DNA from: an uncultured Pseudomonadota bacterium
Lineage (GTDB): Bacteria > Oederibacteriota > Muellerivitia > Muellerivitales > Muellerivitaceae
DNA: 24,466 nucleotides
Assembly: GCA_963843375.1 (NCBI GenBank)
Contig: CAWJKT010000022.1
Coordinates: forward strand, 1 to 24,466
Direction of reading: 5' to 3'
Shown here piece by piece: positions 7,293 to 16,934 of the stretch (positions within the stretch are counted from its first letter, which is position 1; the number at the start of each line of letters is the position of its first letter). Position numbers and translations under genes: made by a program. Below the pieces are notes generated by a model that ran no database searches, was not told the DNA's origin, and worked only from the letters and a program-made list of their open reading frames with translations.

Positions 7293-9315
7293 TTACGGTT
7301 CGGGAACGGCCTTAAAGGGTGTGCGATCTTGGGTGAGGACCGTCTGGTAGACGGCCATCAAATTCTGGTATTCCTTACCCAAGGAAATAGATCTTTGTTT
7401 CAAGCCCAAGTCACGCTCGTAACTCAGGGTACCGAAATCCACTTTGGCGCTGGCGGAAAATTCCGCCAGCGCGTTGGAGAAGGCCACATCTTTGGGAAGG
7501 TCGCCAGGCTTGTAGCCGTGGGGCAGGGTGACAATCGCCTGGGTTTCCGAATTAAAGTTTTGAGGAACCAGGACCGGGGTCTGCCTTGAATTTTGGAGGG
7601 TGGCGAAAAAATCCTCTACGTCCTCAAACACCACTGGATAAAAAATGAAGCTCCCGTCCCTGGCGAATTTGGCGTAGTTGGGGATTTGAAAGGTGAAATG
7701 AACGTCCAGGGGCTTGGAGATATCCCGGTAATCCCCGAAGCGGTAATCGGTCAAGGTCACACCGGGGAAACGCTTGGAAAGGCCCCGATAGACGATATCG
7801 CGTCTTTTGTCGTCGGTGGTAATTCGAAAAAACTGCCGCAAGGCCAACTCAGAGGATCCATAAGCCAGGACATCCACCGAACAGGTCAGATTTCCCTCTT
7901 TATCAAATTCCATTTTAATGTCCCGGTGCCGGCGGTGGTCTTTGGCGCTAAAGGGAGGGGTCAGTTTCCAATTCAGGGGTGAAAAAACCCCCAGAGCTTT
8001 GCGATCCAAGGCCGCCAGGGGCAGGACCCCGGGCGCGGCCAGGGATTCGGTGGGATCAATCCAAATAAAATCTTTTCCGGACGGAACTCCGATAAGGATT
8101 CCGTCAAATTGGGAAAGAGCGGGTAAGTCGGTCAAAAGCTCTCCGCTGACAGCCTGGCGATAAAGATAGATTTGGGGGGACATTTTGAGGGACTTGAGGG
8201 CCACCATCAGGAGCATGGCCATGTCGTGGGAAGTTCCCTTGGCGCTGTCGATCACCTCCGGCAGCAACCGGTCGGGATTCAGGTATATAGGAAGGCCGGT
8301 GTCCACCCAATCCACTTTTTGGTGGATGGCATTCTTTACCTCGGCGATGCGGTCAATTAAAGCCTCTGCAGTATTACTGCCCGCTTCGCCAATCAACTCC
8401 TCCACGGCTTTGGGGTCGCCATCCCAGAATTGCTTTACCCGCTTGCGATAAGGGAATACGGCTTCATCCCAGGTTTTGTTCAGGGTGAAAGCGGTCAAGG
8501 GAGCCAGGTCTTGCAGGGCGGGTTGAAAACTCTCGGCGGGGATTGGATCTTGAACCCCTATGGAAAAACGCACGGTGCGGCTTCGGGAGGGGGTCAGTTT
8601 GCCTTCGTCAATGATCAAGTCCGCCGGCAGGCGCAAGCGCGTTCCTAAAAGTTCCAGGCCGCCCGGAATCTTGAGGGTGAGATCTTTTTCCAGCGAAGGG
8701 GTGAAATCATTCCAACGGAAGGCAAAGCTCGATTCCGGGGGCACCGGGTGGGGCTTCTTCGCCTCCTCCGGATCCTTATGGATGTCCTTGCCAATCAATA
8801 GGGAGGAGATCTTATTTTCCAGGGTGTATTTCAATTCCAAAGCCTGACCCGCCTCCAGTTCGGGCAGACGGGCTGAAGTGATCTTCGAAAGACTTAAGGG
8901 AAGGTTGTCTTGGGGGGGCACCCACTGGATTTGGGGCTGGACGGAGGCTGGCTGGTAATTTCCATTCGCGTCCATTTGGTAGAGCTTCAATTTCTCGATG
9001 TTCAGGGTTTGGGATTCCTGATTGATCGTGGCAAGGGTGGGGAAGGGATGGTTGGGTTTCACCCGCACAGCCCAAAGTTGGTGGACGGTGACACGCATGC
9101 TTCTGTCACTGCGCCACTCCACCTGGGCATCGTCCAGGAGATTGAGGGCCTTGGGCGCGGTGGGAGGAGGCGAACTGGCTGGCAGCCTGGGAGAGGTAGG
9201 TGTCGTTTTCATCCGCCGGAGGCGCCGAAGTTTTGATGGGAGCCGAAGCGCAGCCGGACATTAACAGAAGAAAAAAGAGACCAATCGGAAGGACAGCAAA
9301 GCCATTGAGTGCCAT
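7293..9315 (-). CDS. DUF3857/transglutaminase-like/DUF3858 lipoprotein; one-base frameshift at ~9162-9164
   Basis: Lipobox LLLMSG-C lies in ORF 9106..9387; deleting one base at 9162-9164 joins ...SQFASS to TAPKALNLLDD... of ORF 7293..9212. Motifs LPELEAGQALELKY, IPAESFQP, WIDPT, IVTLPHGYKPGDLP fit the family. Confidence 0.8.
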
Positions 9316-9390
9316 GAAACGGAAAAGCCCCGAGGGGATATTGAAAGATTTTGAAGCGATGAGTGTTTTGTGAACTAGGTGGGGCATCTT

Positions 9391-10056
9391 TTAGTTTTTA
9401 AAACCCGCGTTTTTTAGGGCGTGGATCGCCTCTTTCATGTCCGGGGCCTTAAAAATCGCCGTGGCCGCCACTAATAAATTGGCCCCCGCTTCCACAACCC
9501 GAGGGGCGGTCATGGGGGAGATCCCGCCGTCCACGCCAATGAGGGGGGAAAGTTTTTCCTTTTCGCACCAATTGGAGAATCGGGCTATTTTTGGAACGAC
9601 ATCGGGGATAAAGGATTGGCCCGAAAAACCGGGCCATACCGTCATGAAGAGGACGTATTCCAGGTCTTTTGCGTAGGGTTTTAAAACTTCCTCGGAAGTG
9701 GTGGGGTTCAGGACCATTCCGGCTTTGCAGCCGTCTTGGCGGATCAGATGGATTGTTTCGACCGGGTTTTCCACGGCTTCGGCGTGGAAAAGGATGTAGG
9801 TGGAACCGGCCTTGATGAAATCGGGAATATATTTGTTGGCGTTTTCAATCATCAGGTGGGTATCCATTGGCACGTTGATTTTGCCTTTGAGGCCGGCGAT
9901 AACGGGCGCCCCAAAAGTGATATTGGGCACGAAATGACCATCCATCACGTCCATATGCACCATGTCGGCGCCGGCGTCGATGGCTTTTTGGGTCGCGCTT
10001 AGAAGGTTGCCGAAATCGGCGGAGAGGATGGAGGCTGAAACTTTGACGGGCTTCAT
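9391..10056 (-). CDS. rpe: Ribulose-phosphate 3-epimerase
   Basis: SILSADF, HMDVMDGHFVPNITFG, DTHLMI, MTVWPGFSGQ, VDGGI. Confidence 0.98.
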   Translation of the reverse strand: MKPVKVSASILSADFGNLLSATQKAIDAGADMVHMDVMDGHFVPNITFGAPVIAGLKGKINVPMDTHLMIENANKYIPDFIKAGSTYILFHAEAVENPVETIHLIRQDGCKAGMVLNPTTSEEVLKPYAKDLEYVLFMTVWPGFSGQSFIPDVVPKIARFSNWCEKEKLSPLIGVDGGISPMTAPRVVEAGANLLVAATAIFKAPDMKEAIHALKNAGFKN

Positions 10057-10157
10057 ACAAGTCCTTAGCGAGACGAGTTAGTGAGGGCGTATCTTAGCAA
10101 AAAGGGTTTCAACATCCTAGGTGTGGTTGAGAAAGGGGACTCGGGCGGAAAGAGGGA

Positions 10158-11144
10158 TTAATCGATTGGGATTTCTTTCACGAATTCCTGGTTCAGGTAA
10201 ATTTGAGCGGAAGCTTTCCCTGTAACGCTGACTCCCAGTTCCACGTGATCCTTGGGAGACTCCATTTTGTTATAAATGGTGCGGGTGCCGGAACCGTCGA
10301 AAACATCGATTTGAAGGCGGCGGGGGTTTCCTTCCGGCATATCAAAAGCAATCTTGGCGTAGCGGGGTTTCAATTCGCCCTCGGAACTTTTGGCGCTCAC
10401 AACGATGGAAACGCTGTCTTTGGGTTGGATTTTGGCCCCGGGGGCGGGAGATTGGGAAAGAACGGTTTCAGAGTCCAGGTCGTCGTGCACTTCACTTTTG
10501 ATTTTTTCGATGGTGATACCGGCGGGACGAAGCACCTTGAAGGCCTTTTCCAGCGGTTGGTTCCTTAAGTCGGGCATGAGATAACTGGGATCGACCGGTC
10601 CATTGGAAACTAAAAGATTCACATCCGTGAAAGAATCCACCACCGCGTCAGCGGGCGGTACTTGGGCCAGGATCGAGTCCCTGGGTTCGGGCGAGTTCAT
10701 CAGGGATTCCCGACCCACCCTCAAGTGGGCACCTGCCAGGGAAATTTGGGCCTGGGGAAAAGACATGGCCGCCACCGAGGGAACTTTTACCTTGGGATTT
10801 CCCTTGCTCAAAATGACGTTGATGGTTTGTTCGCGCTTAACATAGTAATTGGCCTTGGGGTCCTGCTCACACACCAATCCTTCAGGTACGTGTTCGTCGT
10901 ATTGGGCGCGAAGGACTTTCATGTGCAGACCCTTAGACGAAAGGGCTTTCTCCGCCTGTTTTTCGTCCATCCCGATAATTTTAGGGACAATCATCGGCTG
11001 GTGCATCTGGGTGTAAAACATGGCGCTCAAGGCGGTGAGAATCGTAATAAGAGTGAAAGTTCCCAAAAGAGAAATGGCCTTGCGGGTCAAGATTTGCTCG
11101 GAGGGTGTCAGTTTTATTTTTTCGAAGGGTAGTTTCATGGTCAA
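10158..11144 (-). CDS. Membrane-anchored triple-PASTA-domain protein without a kinase domain
   Basis: One TM helix, three PASTA repeats (VPKIIGM..QDP, VPSVAAM..QVP, MPDLRNQ..QSPAPG) and a beta-rich C-terminal domain; start overlaps the rlmN stop (ATGA). Confidence 0.92.
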   Translation of the reverse strand: MTMKLPFEKIKLTPSEQILTRKAISLLGTFTLITILTALSAMFYTQMHQPMIVPKIIGMDEKQAEKALSSKGLHMKVLRAQYDEHVPEGLVCEQDPKANYYVKREQTINVILSKGNPKVKVPSVAAMSFPQAQISLAGAHLRVGRESLMNSPEPRDSILAQVPPADAVVDSFTDVNLLVSNGPVDPSYLMPDLRNQPLEKAFKVLRPAGITIEKIKSEVHDDLDSETVLSQSPAPGAKIQPKDSVSIVVSAKSSEGELKPRYAKIAFDMPEGNPRRLQIDVFDGSGTRTIYNKMESPKDHVELGVSVTGKASAQIYLNQEFVKEIPID

Positions 11145-12232
11145 GCCATCTCGGTAGGCACAGAAGAAGAGGTATTCTCAAATCCTAATTGGCCGCAGGC
11201 TGCGGCGATATCCACGCCTTTGCGTTCCCGCAGGAAAACCTTCATGCCCCGGTTGCGCAAGCTTTCCTTGAAAGCCGTTACCCGCTCCTCCGAAGGCGCA
11301 TCGAAAGGCAAGGTTGGCACGGGGTTATAGCGGATCAAGTTGACCTTGCAAAGCAAATCCTTGCAATAGGAAGCAAGCTTTTCGGCGTCCTCGGGGCGGT
11401 CATTGACATCTTTAAGGAGGATATATTCGAGCGTTACGGGCAGGCGGCGGGCATAAGTGTATTTTCGCATCACTTTCCAGAGCCTATCGAGAGGGTTGGA
11501 CCGGTTTATGGGCATCAGGCGGCTTCGGATTTCGGGGTCGGCGCTGTGAAGGGAGACGGCAAGCGACACCGGCCAATCGTCCTTGGTAAAGCGTTCGATA
11601 TTATCAATCAGGCCGGAAGTGGAGACGGTCATGCGTCGGCGGCCAAGGTTTAAACCTTCTGGATCGTGCAGGATACGCATGGCTTTTTCGGTGTTTTCGT
11701 AATTGTCCATGGGTTCACCCATTCCCATGACCACGACATTATTGAACTTCACGGTTGAATCCCGTTCCATGCCCGCGACTTGGGCCACAATTTCTCCGGC
11801 CGTGAGGTTGCGTTGAAACTTGGGCAACCCGGTGGCGCAAAAGGTACATTTCATCCGGCATCCGGCCTGGGTGGATAGACAGGCGGTGAAGCGGCCGGGC
11901 TCACCCTCTTCGTCCCGCGCCATGGGGATCAGGACGCTTTCCACCAAAGCGGTATGCCCGTGCTCATCCGGCGGCAGTTGCCAGAGATATTTGGCCGTGC
12001 CGTCCCGGGACACCTGGCGGGTGTGAAGTTTCAGGGCTGATAGCGTGGCTTTTTGGATTAGGTTCTGCCGCAATTCCTTGGAAAGGTCGGTCATCTCTTC
12101 GAAACTTCCGGCGTGTTTTTGGTACAGCCATTGGAAAGTTTGAGTTCCAGTATGTTTAGGAGAGCCCCATTCCACGAGAAGATCAATCAGTTCTTCGCGG
12201 GAGTAATTGTAAAAATCAACTGCGCTTTCCAC
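11141..12232 (-). CDS. rlmN: 23S rRNA (adenine 2503-C2)/tRNA methyltransferase RlmN
   Basis: CLSTQAGCRMKCTFCATG, MGMGEP, SLHS, LEYILL, DIAAACGQL. Start placed at GTG 12232 because AAGGA lies just upstream; the track's 12322 start adds a non-homologous leader. Confidence 0.96.
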   Translation of the reverse strand: MESAVDFYNYSREELIDLLVEWGSPKHTGTQTFQWLYQKHAGSFEEMTDLSKELRQNLIQKATLSALKLHTRQVSRDGTAKYLWQLPPDEHGHTALVESVLIPMARDEEGEPGRFTACLSTQAGCRMKCTFCATGLPKFQRNLTAGEIVAQVAGMERDSTVKFNNVVVMGMGEPMDNYENTEKAMRILHDPEGLNLGRRRMTVSTSGLIDNIERFTKDDWPVSLAVSLHSADPEIRSRLMPINRSNPLDRLWKVMRKYTYARRLPVTLEYILLKDVNDRPEDAEKLASYCKDLLCKVNLIRYNPVPTLPFDAPSEERVTAFKESLRNRGMKVFLRERKGVDIAAACGQLGFENTSSSVPTEMA

Positions 12233-12375
12233 GGTTTTTATCCTTCGCTTTTTTTTAAGAGGGGTTAGTCTACAAAAGTTCATTGGCCCATAAAAGGGAT
12301 AAACAGACCTTGCCAAAGCCAAAGACAGGCTGTTAAATAAGCACGTTTTACACCAAAACCGCCAAGGAATTTGAA

Positions 12376-13251
12376 ATGTCCAACTTATTAAAACTGGGAT
12401 TACCCAAGGGCAGCCTACAGGAATCCACCTTTCATTTATTCTCCAAGGCCGGGTACAAGATTTCCGCCACGTCCCGTTCTTATTTTCCCAGTATCGACGA
12501 TTCCGAAATGAAGCCCATGTTGATCCGCGCGCAGGAAATGAGCCGGTACGTGGAGGACGGCACCCTGGATGTGGGTATGACGGGCCGGGACTGGGTTAAG
12601 GAAAACGGCTCTGATGTGATTGAGATCGCCGAGTTGATTTACGCCAAGCAGGGTTTAAGGCCCGTTCGTTGGGTCTTGGCCGCCCCCGCCAATTCCCCCA
12701 TCAAGTCGGTCAAGGACCTGCAAGGAAAGAAGATCGCTACCGAATTGGTCAATGTATCCAAAGAATATTTAAAGAAGAACGGCGTGACGGCTCATGTCGA
12801 GTTCTCCTGGGGCGCTACCGAAGCCAAGCCTCCCGAACTGGCGGACGCGATTATTGAAGTCACCGAAACGGGTTCGTCCCTTAGGGCCAATAACCTGGTG
12901 ATTCTGGAAACGATCATGGAATCCAATACAGTGGTTATCGTCAATAAGGCTGCCTGGGGCGATCCTTGGAAAAAAAAGAAAGTCGAGGACATGGTTCTTA
13001 TGCTCAAAGGCGCCCTCGCCGCCGAGGAAAAAGTCGGTCTTAAAATGAACGTCCGCCGAAAGGATTTGGACAAGATCTTGAAAGTACTGCCGGCTTTGAA
13101 TTCCCCCACGGTGGCGGATTTGCAAGATAAGGATTGGGTGGATGTGGATACGGTAGTTGATGAGAAAATCGTGCGGGGGATCGTTCCCAAGTTAAAGGAT
13201 GCCGGAGCCGAAGGAATCGTGGAATATCCCCTTAATAAAGTCATTCCCTAA
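12376..13251 (+). CDS. hisG: ATP phosphoribosyltransferase, long form
   Basis: [37 protein letters not shown] and C-terminal regulatory domain ([18 protein letters not shown]). Confidence 0.98.
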   Translation: MSNLLKLGLPKGSLQESTFHLFSKAGYKISATSRSYFPSIDDSEMKPMLIRAQEMSRYVEDGTLDVGMTGRDWVKENGSDVIEIAELIYAKQGLRPVRWVLAAPANSPIKSVKDLQGKKIATELVNVSKEYLKKNGVTAHVEFSWGATEAKPPELADAIIEVTETGSSLRANNLVILETIMESNTVVIVNKAAWGDPWKKKKVEDMVLMLKGALAAEEKVGLKMNVRRKDLDKILKVLPALNSPTVADLQDKDWVDVDTVVDEKIVRGIVPKLKDAGAEGIVEYPLNKVIP

Positions 13252-13292
13252 AGTCAGAATTACCAAAATTAAGAAGTTTTTTCGAGGTTTGG

Positions 13293-13793
13293 ATGGCAAC
13301 AGCGGAAGAACTGAACAAAGAAGCGGTTCGCCTTTATAAGAACCAGGACTTTCGTGGCGCCGAGAAGCTTTATCGGGAAGCCATTCAACTGGACCCCGCC
13401 TATTTCCCCGCTCAACTGAATATCGGCATTCTTTTGTTTAAAGAAGGGCGGTATGACGAGGCCATCAAAGAATGCACCAAAGCCGTTTCCCTCCGTCCCG
13501 ATCACCCCTCCGCCCATTTTCATCTGGGCAACGCCTATTACTCTAAAATGTGGTGGGAAGAGGCGCTGGTGGAGTATGAAAGGGTTTTTCAACTGGACCC
13601 GGCCCATATCGATGTCCATTTCGCCCTTGGGGGGATTTACTTGAACCGGGGATACAAGGATAAAGCGGTGGAATGCTGGAAGAAGTACCTGGAACTTGCT
13701 CCCGCGGACACCCCGAAGGCCAAATTGGCTAAGGAATATGTGGAAGGCGCCGTGGCCAATCAGGTGCATATCGGGAAGTACATCGCGGAATAA
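13293..13793 (+). CDS. Tetratricopeptide-repeat protein
   Basis: About four TPR units (A...Y.EAIQLDP, AHFHLGNAY, VHFALGGIY...WKKYLELAP); GAGG RBS. Confidence 0.92.
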   Translation: MATAEELNKEAVRLYKNQDFRGAEKLYREAIQLDPAYFPAQLNIGILLFKEGRYDEAIKECTKAVSLRPDHPSAHFHLGNAYYSKMWWEEALVEYERVFQLDPAHIDVHFALGGIYLNRGYKDKAVECWKKYLELAPADTPKAKLAKEYVEGAVANQVHIGKYIAE

Positions 13794-13804
13794 TCAATTC
13801 ACCT

Positions 13805-13837
13805 AAATAAAAAAGGGCGGGATTTAATCCCGCCCTT
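13805..13837. terminator. Intrinsic terminator between convergent genes, strongest on the minus strand
   Basis: Stem AAGGGCGGGAT/ATCCCGCCCTT with a short loop; A-tract at 13805-13814 gives a U-tract on the minus strand. Confidence 0.88.
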
Positions 13838-13863
13838 GAGTGATGCTGGGTCTTTGAAAAAGA

Positions 13864-14493
13864 TCAGCGAGAATATCCGTCGTCCCGGTGATCGCGATTG
13901 TGGTCATCAAAATGGTGCTCCCCATCCCGGTGATCGTCGAAATGGCCGTCATTGCGATGTCCATGGTATTGGTCGTGAATATAGGCGAAACTCCTGCCTC
14001 CCGCCCTTAACCGAATGATTTCCTCCGGTGTACGGTGGTAATACTCTGTGGCAAAGCGTAGGTTCACCATGTTCACGATATCCGCGTCAATCAATCTTAT
14101 GTGCCGCCCACCGTGGTAATAAGCATAAAACCTCTCGTAAGGGGTTCCGTACACGCTTCCATGGATGGGAATAAAGAAAATGCGTGGGCTTAAACGATAG
14201 CGGTGAAGAATGTCGATCCAAGGCATGCCATGGGCGCGAAGGTCAATGATGACTCCCGGCGCTACCATCGCCCGCTGGGCGACGTAGAAGACCACGGGTT
14301 GTTCCTCGTCGGGAATGCGATCTTGCACACAGAGGTTCACCTGGTCCGGGGGCGCATGGTAATAATCGCCGATCGCCATGTGGAAACTATCGCCCCCGCC
14401 ACCGACGTTTACACCTAAACCCACTTGGACTTGAGCCCCGGCCTGGCCCGCAATCCACAAAAATGCCGCTAAGGCAATGATTTGCGTTTTCAT
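13864..14493 (-). CDS. Secreted hypothetical protein with His/Asp/Arg-rich C-terminal tail
   Basis: ATG 14493 follows AAGGAG; signal peptide MKTQIIALAAFLWIAGQAGA-Q; partial internal repeat (DYYHAPPDQV / EYYHRTPEEI; IIDLRAHG / IIRLRAGG); tail HFDDHRDGEHHFDDHNRDHRDD. Confidence 0.8.
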   Translation of the reverse strand: MKTQIIALAAFLWIAGQAGAQVQVGLGVNVGGGGDSFHMAIGDYYHAPPDQVNLCVQDRIPDEEQPVVFYVAQRAMVAPGVIIDLRAHGMPWIDILHRYRLSPRIFFIPIHGSVYGTPYERFYAYYHGGRHIRLIDADIVNMVNLRFATEYYHRTPEEIIRLRAGGRSFAYIHDQYHGHRNDGHFDDHRDGEHHFDDHNRDHRDDGYSR

Positions 14494-14538
14494 CGAAGTC
14501 TCCTTGGAACTGAAAAGTTGAAGGCACTCTACAACCTT

Positions 14539-14567
14539 ATGACGATTCATGAGGGTGGAAAGTTACC
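14539..14567 (-). promoter_or_regulatory. Candidate ECF sigma-factor promoter
   Basis: Minus strand reads GGTAAC-N17-CGTCAT about 45 nt upstream of ATG 14493, matching the AAC...CGT ECF consensus. Confidence 0.5.
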
Positions 14568-14629
14568 GAGATGAGCTGTGCACCCCGATCCGGTTTTTGA
14601 TGAAGGTCCTCGTGAGGGATAAGATAATT

Positions 14630-14653
14630 TTAAATAAACATTCATTTATTTAA
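14630..14653. promoter_or_regulatory. AT-rich palindrome, candidate operator between divergent genes
   Basis: TTAAATAAA-CATTCA-TTTATTTAA, a perfect 9-6-9 inverted repeat. Confidence 0.45.
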
Positions 14654-14802
14654 GGAAGAGAATTAAGAGATGGGGACTTGAAATATCCCAGCCCGTCTTG
14701 TGGGTTTGCGGCGTCTATACTGGCGTGACCGGGAATGTTGAAATCTTGAAATCCCTGTATCGAACAGGCCTGGTTGATAAATAATCATTTTGGAGGAAAA
14801 AG

Positions 14803-15408
14803 ATGAAAAGAAAAATGTGGCTGGCGGGCTTGATGGCGGCGGTTTTAGCCGGCGCGGCTTGGACGGCTTATGCGGATGAGGACAAACCGGCCGCGGACGA
14901 TAACGGCCAAATGTCCATGGATGACAATGGCGGCGGCCCCGGTGGAATGCAGGGGGGCATGATGGGCGGTCATTTTGACTGGATGAAAAAAAAGCTGGAC
15001 TTAAGCGATAGCCAAGCCGAAAAGCTCAAAGATCTTTTCAAGAAACAAATGGATGAAAACAAACCGCTCCGGGACCAGATGAAGATCGACATGGACACGC
15101 TCCAGCAGAAAGTCGACCTCAAAGCTTCCAACGGTGAAATTAAGAAAGTTCTGGACGCCTTGTCCACCGACCGCAAGAGCATGGAAGCCGCACGGCAGAA
15201 GATGGAAGATGCTGTGCGCGAGATACTGGATCCCACCCAGCAGGCCAAGTTTGTTTTGAGCATGAAAGACCGGGGACAGCGGATGATGGGGAAATGGAAT
15301 GGGAAATGGCATCACGACGGAAAAGACGGCGATAAGAAGGGGCCCCCTCCCGGCAACGGATCGGGTACCACCGATTCAAACGATAATGGTGGCGCGAAGA
15401 ATAATTAA
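14803..15408 (+). CDS. Spy/CpxP-family periplasmic chaperone or heavy-metal sensor-like protein
   Basis: Signal peptide (AYA-D), Gly/Met-rich N-region, LTxxQ-like motifs LDLSDSQ and ILDPTQQAKF; GGAGG RBS. Confidence 0.88.
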   Translation: MKRKMWLAGLMAAVLAGAAWTAYADEDKPAADDNGQMSMDDNGGGPGGMQGGMMGGHFDWMKKKLDLSDSQAEKLKDLFKKQMDENKPLRDQMKIDMDTLQQKVDLKASNGEIKKVLDALSTDRKSMEAARQKMEDAVREILDPTQQAKFVLSMKDRGQRMMGKWNGKWHHDGKDGDKKGPPPGNGSGTTDSNDNGGAKNN

Positions 15409-15437
15409 GCCTTCGTTTGAATTAAAGCCGAAAATTT

Positions 15438-15469
15438 AAAGCCGTCTCCCTTCGGAGGCGGCTTTTTTT
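15438..15469 (+). terminator. Intrinsic terminator after the Spy/CpxP gene
   Basis: AAAGCCGTCTCC-CTTC-GGAGGCGGCTTT running into a T7 tract. Confidence 0.9.
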
Positions 15470-15514
15470 GTTTAAAGGCGGTATGATTGACCAAAGTCCT
15501 TTGAAAGGAACTGA

Positions 15515-16888
15515 GTGCCCGTTTTTGAAAAGAAATCGATCATCGATGTTCCTGTCAAGGAGTTGTTCGGTTGGCACAACCGGCAGCATACTTTTGAACG
15601 GCTTGCCCCGCCTTGGGAAAAAATCAAGGTCATTGAAAGTACCGGAGGCATCGCGGATGGAGGCCGGGCGGTTTTGGAGATGCGCGAAGGCCCCTTTCGC
15701 CGCCGGTGGGTCGCAACCCATAGTGGCTATATTGAAGGCCGACAATTTTGCGATGAGCAGGTGCAGGGTCCTTTCGCCAAATGGGTCCATACCCACCAGT
15801 TTAGTCCCGATACGGAAGGGACCAGCTTTCTTTTAGATCATGTCGAGTATCAGCCCCCTTTGGGATTCTTGGGGCGGGCGCTAGCGGGAAGGTACATCCA
15901 AAATAAATTGGAACATGTTTTTTCTTTCCGCCATGCCAGAACCCAAAATGACCTGAAACGGTACCATCCTTATTCCGGGAAACCGCCTTTGAAAATTGTG
16001 ATCAGCGGGGCTTCCGGGATGATCGGAAACGCCTTGAGGACTTTTTTGTCTTGTGGAGGCCACCAAATCAGGTCAATGGTGCGCCGCCCCCCAAAATTGG
16101 AAAGTTCGGAAATCTTTTGGGATCCTTACCATGGGGAAGTGGATAAAACCGCCTTGGAAAGCACCGATGTTCTGATTCATTTGGCCGGTGAAAATATCGG
16201 AGCGGGGAAGTGGACTACGAAGCGTAAAGAGGAAATCCTCAAAAGCCGGAGGGAAGGAACCCGGTTCCTCTCGGAAACAATGGCTTCCCTTAAGCATCCT
16301 CCCCGCGTGATTCTTTCGTCATCCGCCATCGGCTTTTACGGCGATCGAGGGGCTGAGGAATTGACTGAAACCAACGCGGCTGGCGAGGGGTTCCTGCCGG
16401 AAGTCTGCCGGGCTTGGGAAGAGGCCACCGAGCCTGCCCGTAAAGCGGGCATAAGGGTGGTGAATGTACGAACGGGGATTGTTCTCACCTCCCTTGGCGG
16501 GGCCTTGGCTAAGATGCTGATTCCTTTTCAAATGGGGGCCGGAGGAACCATTGGCACGGGAACACAGTGGATGAGCTGGGTTTCCCTCGAAGATTTAATT
16601 GGCATTTATCACAACCTGATCTATGCGGATTCGCTTTCAGGGCCGGTGAACGCCACGGCCCCCCAGTCCGTGACGAACTCGGTTTTCACCAAAGTTTTGG
16701 GGAAAGTTTTAAAAAGGCCGACCTTGTTCCCTCTTCCCGGGTTCATGGTGAAGGCTATTTTCGGGGAGATGGGAGAAGCCCTTCTTTTAGAAGGCCAGCA
16801 GGTGAAACCAGCCAAGCTGCTTGACTCAGGATTTCAATTTCTTTATCCCACCCTTGAATCGGCGCTTCGGTGGGAATTGGGACGATGA
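15515..16888 (+). CDS. TIGR01777-family NAD-dependent epimerase-like protein (YfcH/SDR39U1-like) with N-terminal SRPBCC domain
   Basis: N-domain RLAPPWE, QFCDEQVQGPFAKWVHTHQF; then ISGASGMIG, IHLAGENI, SSAIGFYG, VCRAWE, RTGIVL, GPVNATAP, LKRPT. Confidence 0.95.
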   Translation: MPVFEKKSIIDVPVKELFGWHNRQHTFERLAPPWEKIKVIESTGGIADGGRAVLEMREGPFRRRWVATHSGYIEGRQFCDEQVQGPFAKWVHTHQFSPDTEGTSFLLDHVEYQPPLGFLGRALAGRYIQNKLEHVFSFRHARTQNDLKRYHPYSGKPPLKIVISGASGMIGNALRTFLSCGGHQIRSMVRRPPKLESSEIFWDPYHGEVDKTALESTDVLIHLAGENIGAGKWTTKRKEEILKSRREGTRFLSETMASLKHPPRVILSSSAIGFYGDRGAEELTETNAAGEGFLPEVCRAWEEATEPARKAGIRVVNVRTGIVLTSLGGALAKMLIPFQMGAGGTIGTGTQWMSWVSLEDLIGIYHNLIYADSLSGPVNATAPQSVTNSVFTKVLGKVLKRPTLFPLPGFMVKAIFGEMGEALLLEGQQVKPAKLLDSGFQFLYPTLESALRWELGR

Positions 16889-16934
16889 AGATTTTTCGCT
16901 GCGAAGCAATTTCCGGAAGTTTCCAGGATCGGGG

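Noticed and set aside
15515..16888. SRPBCC plus TIGR01777 fusion as a novelty
   Set aside because: This fusion is a known, widespread architecture.
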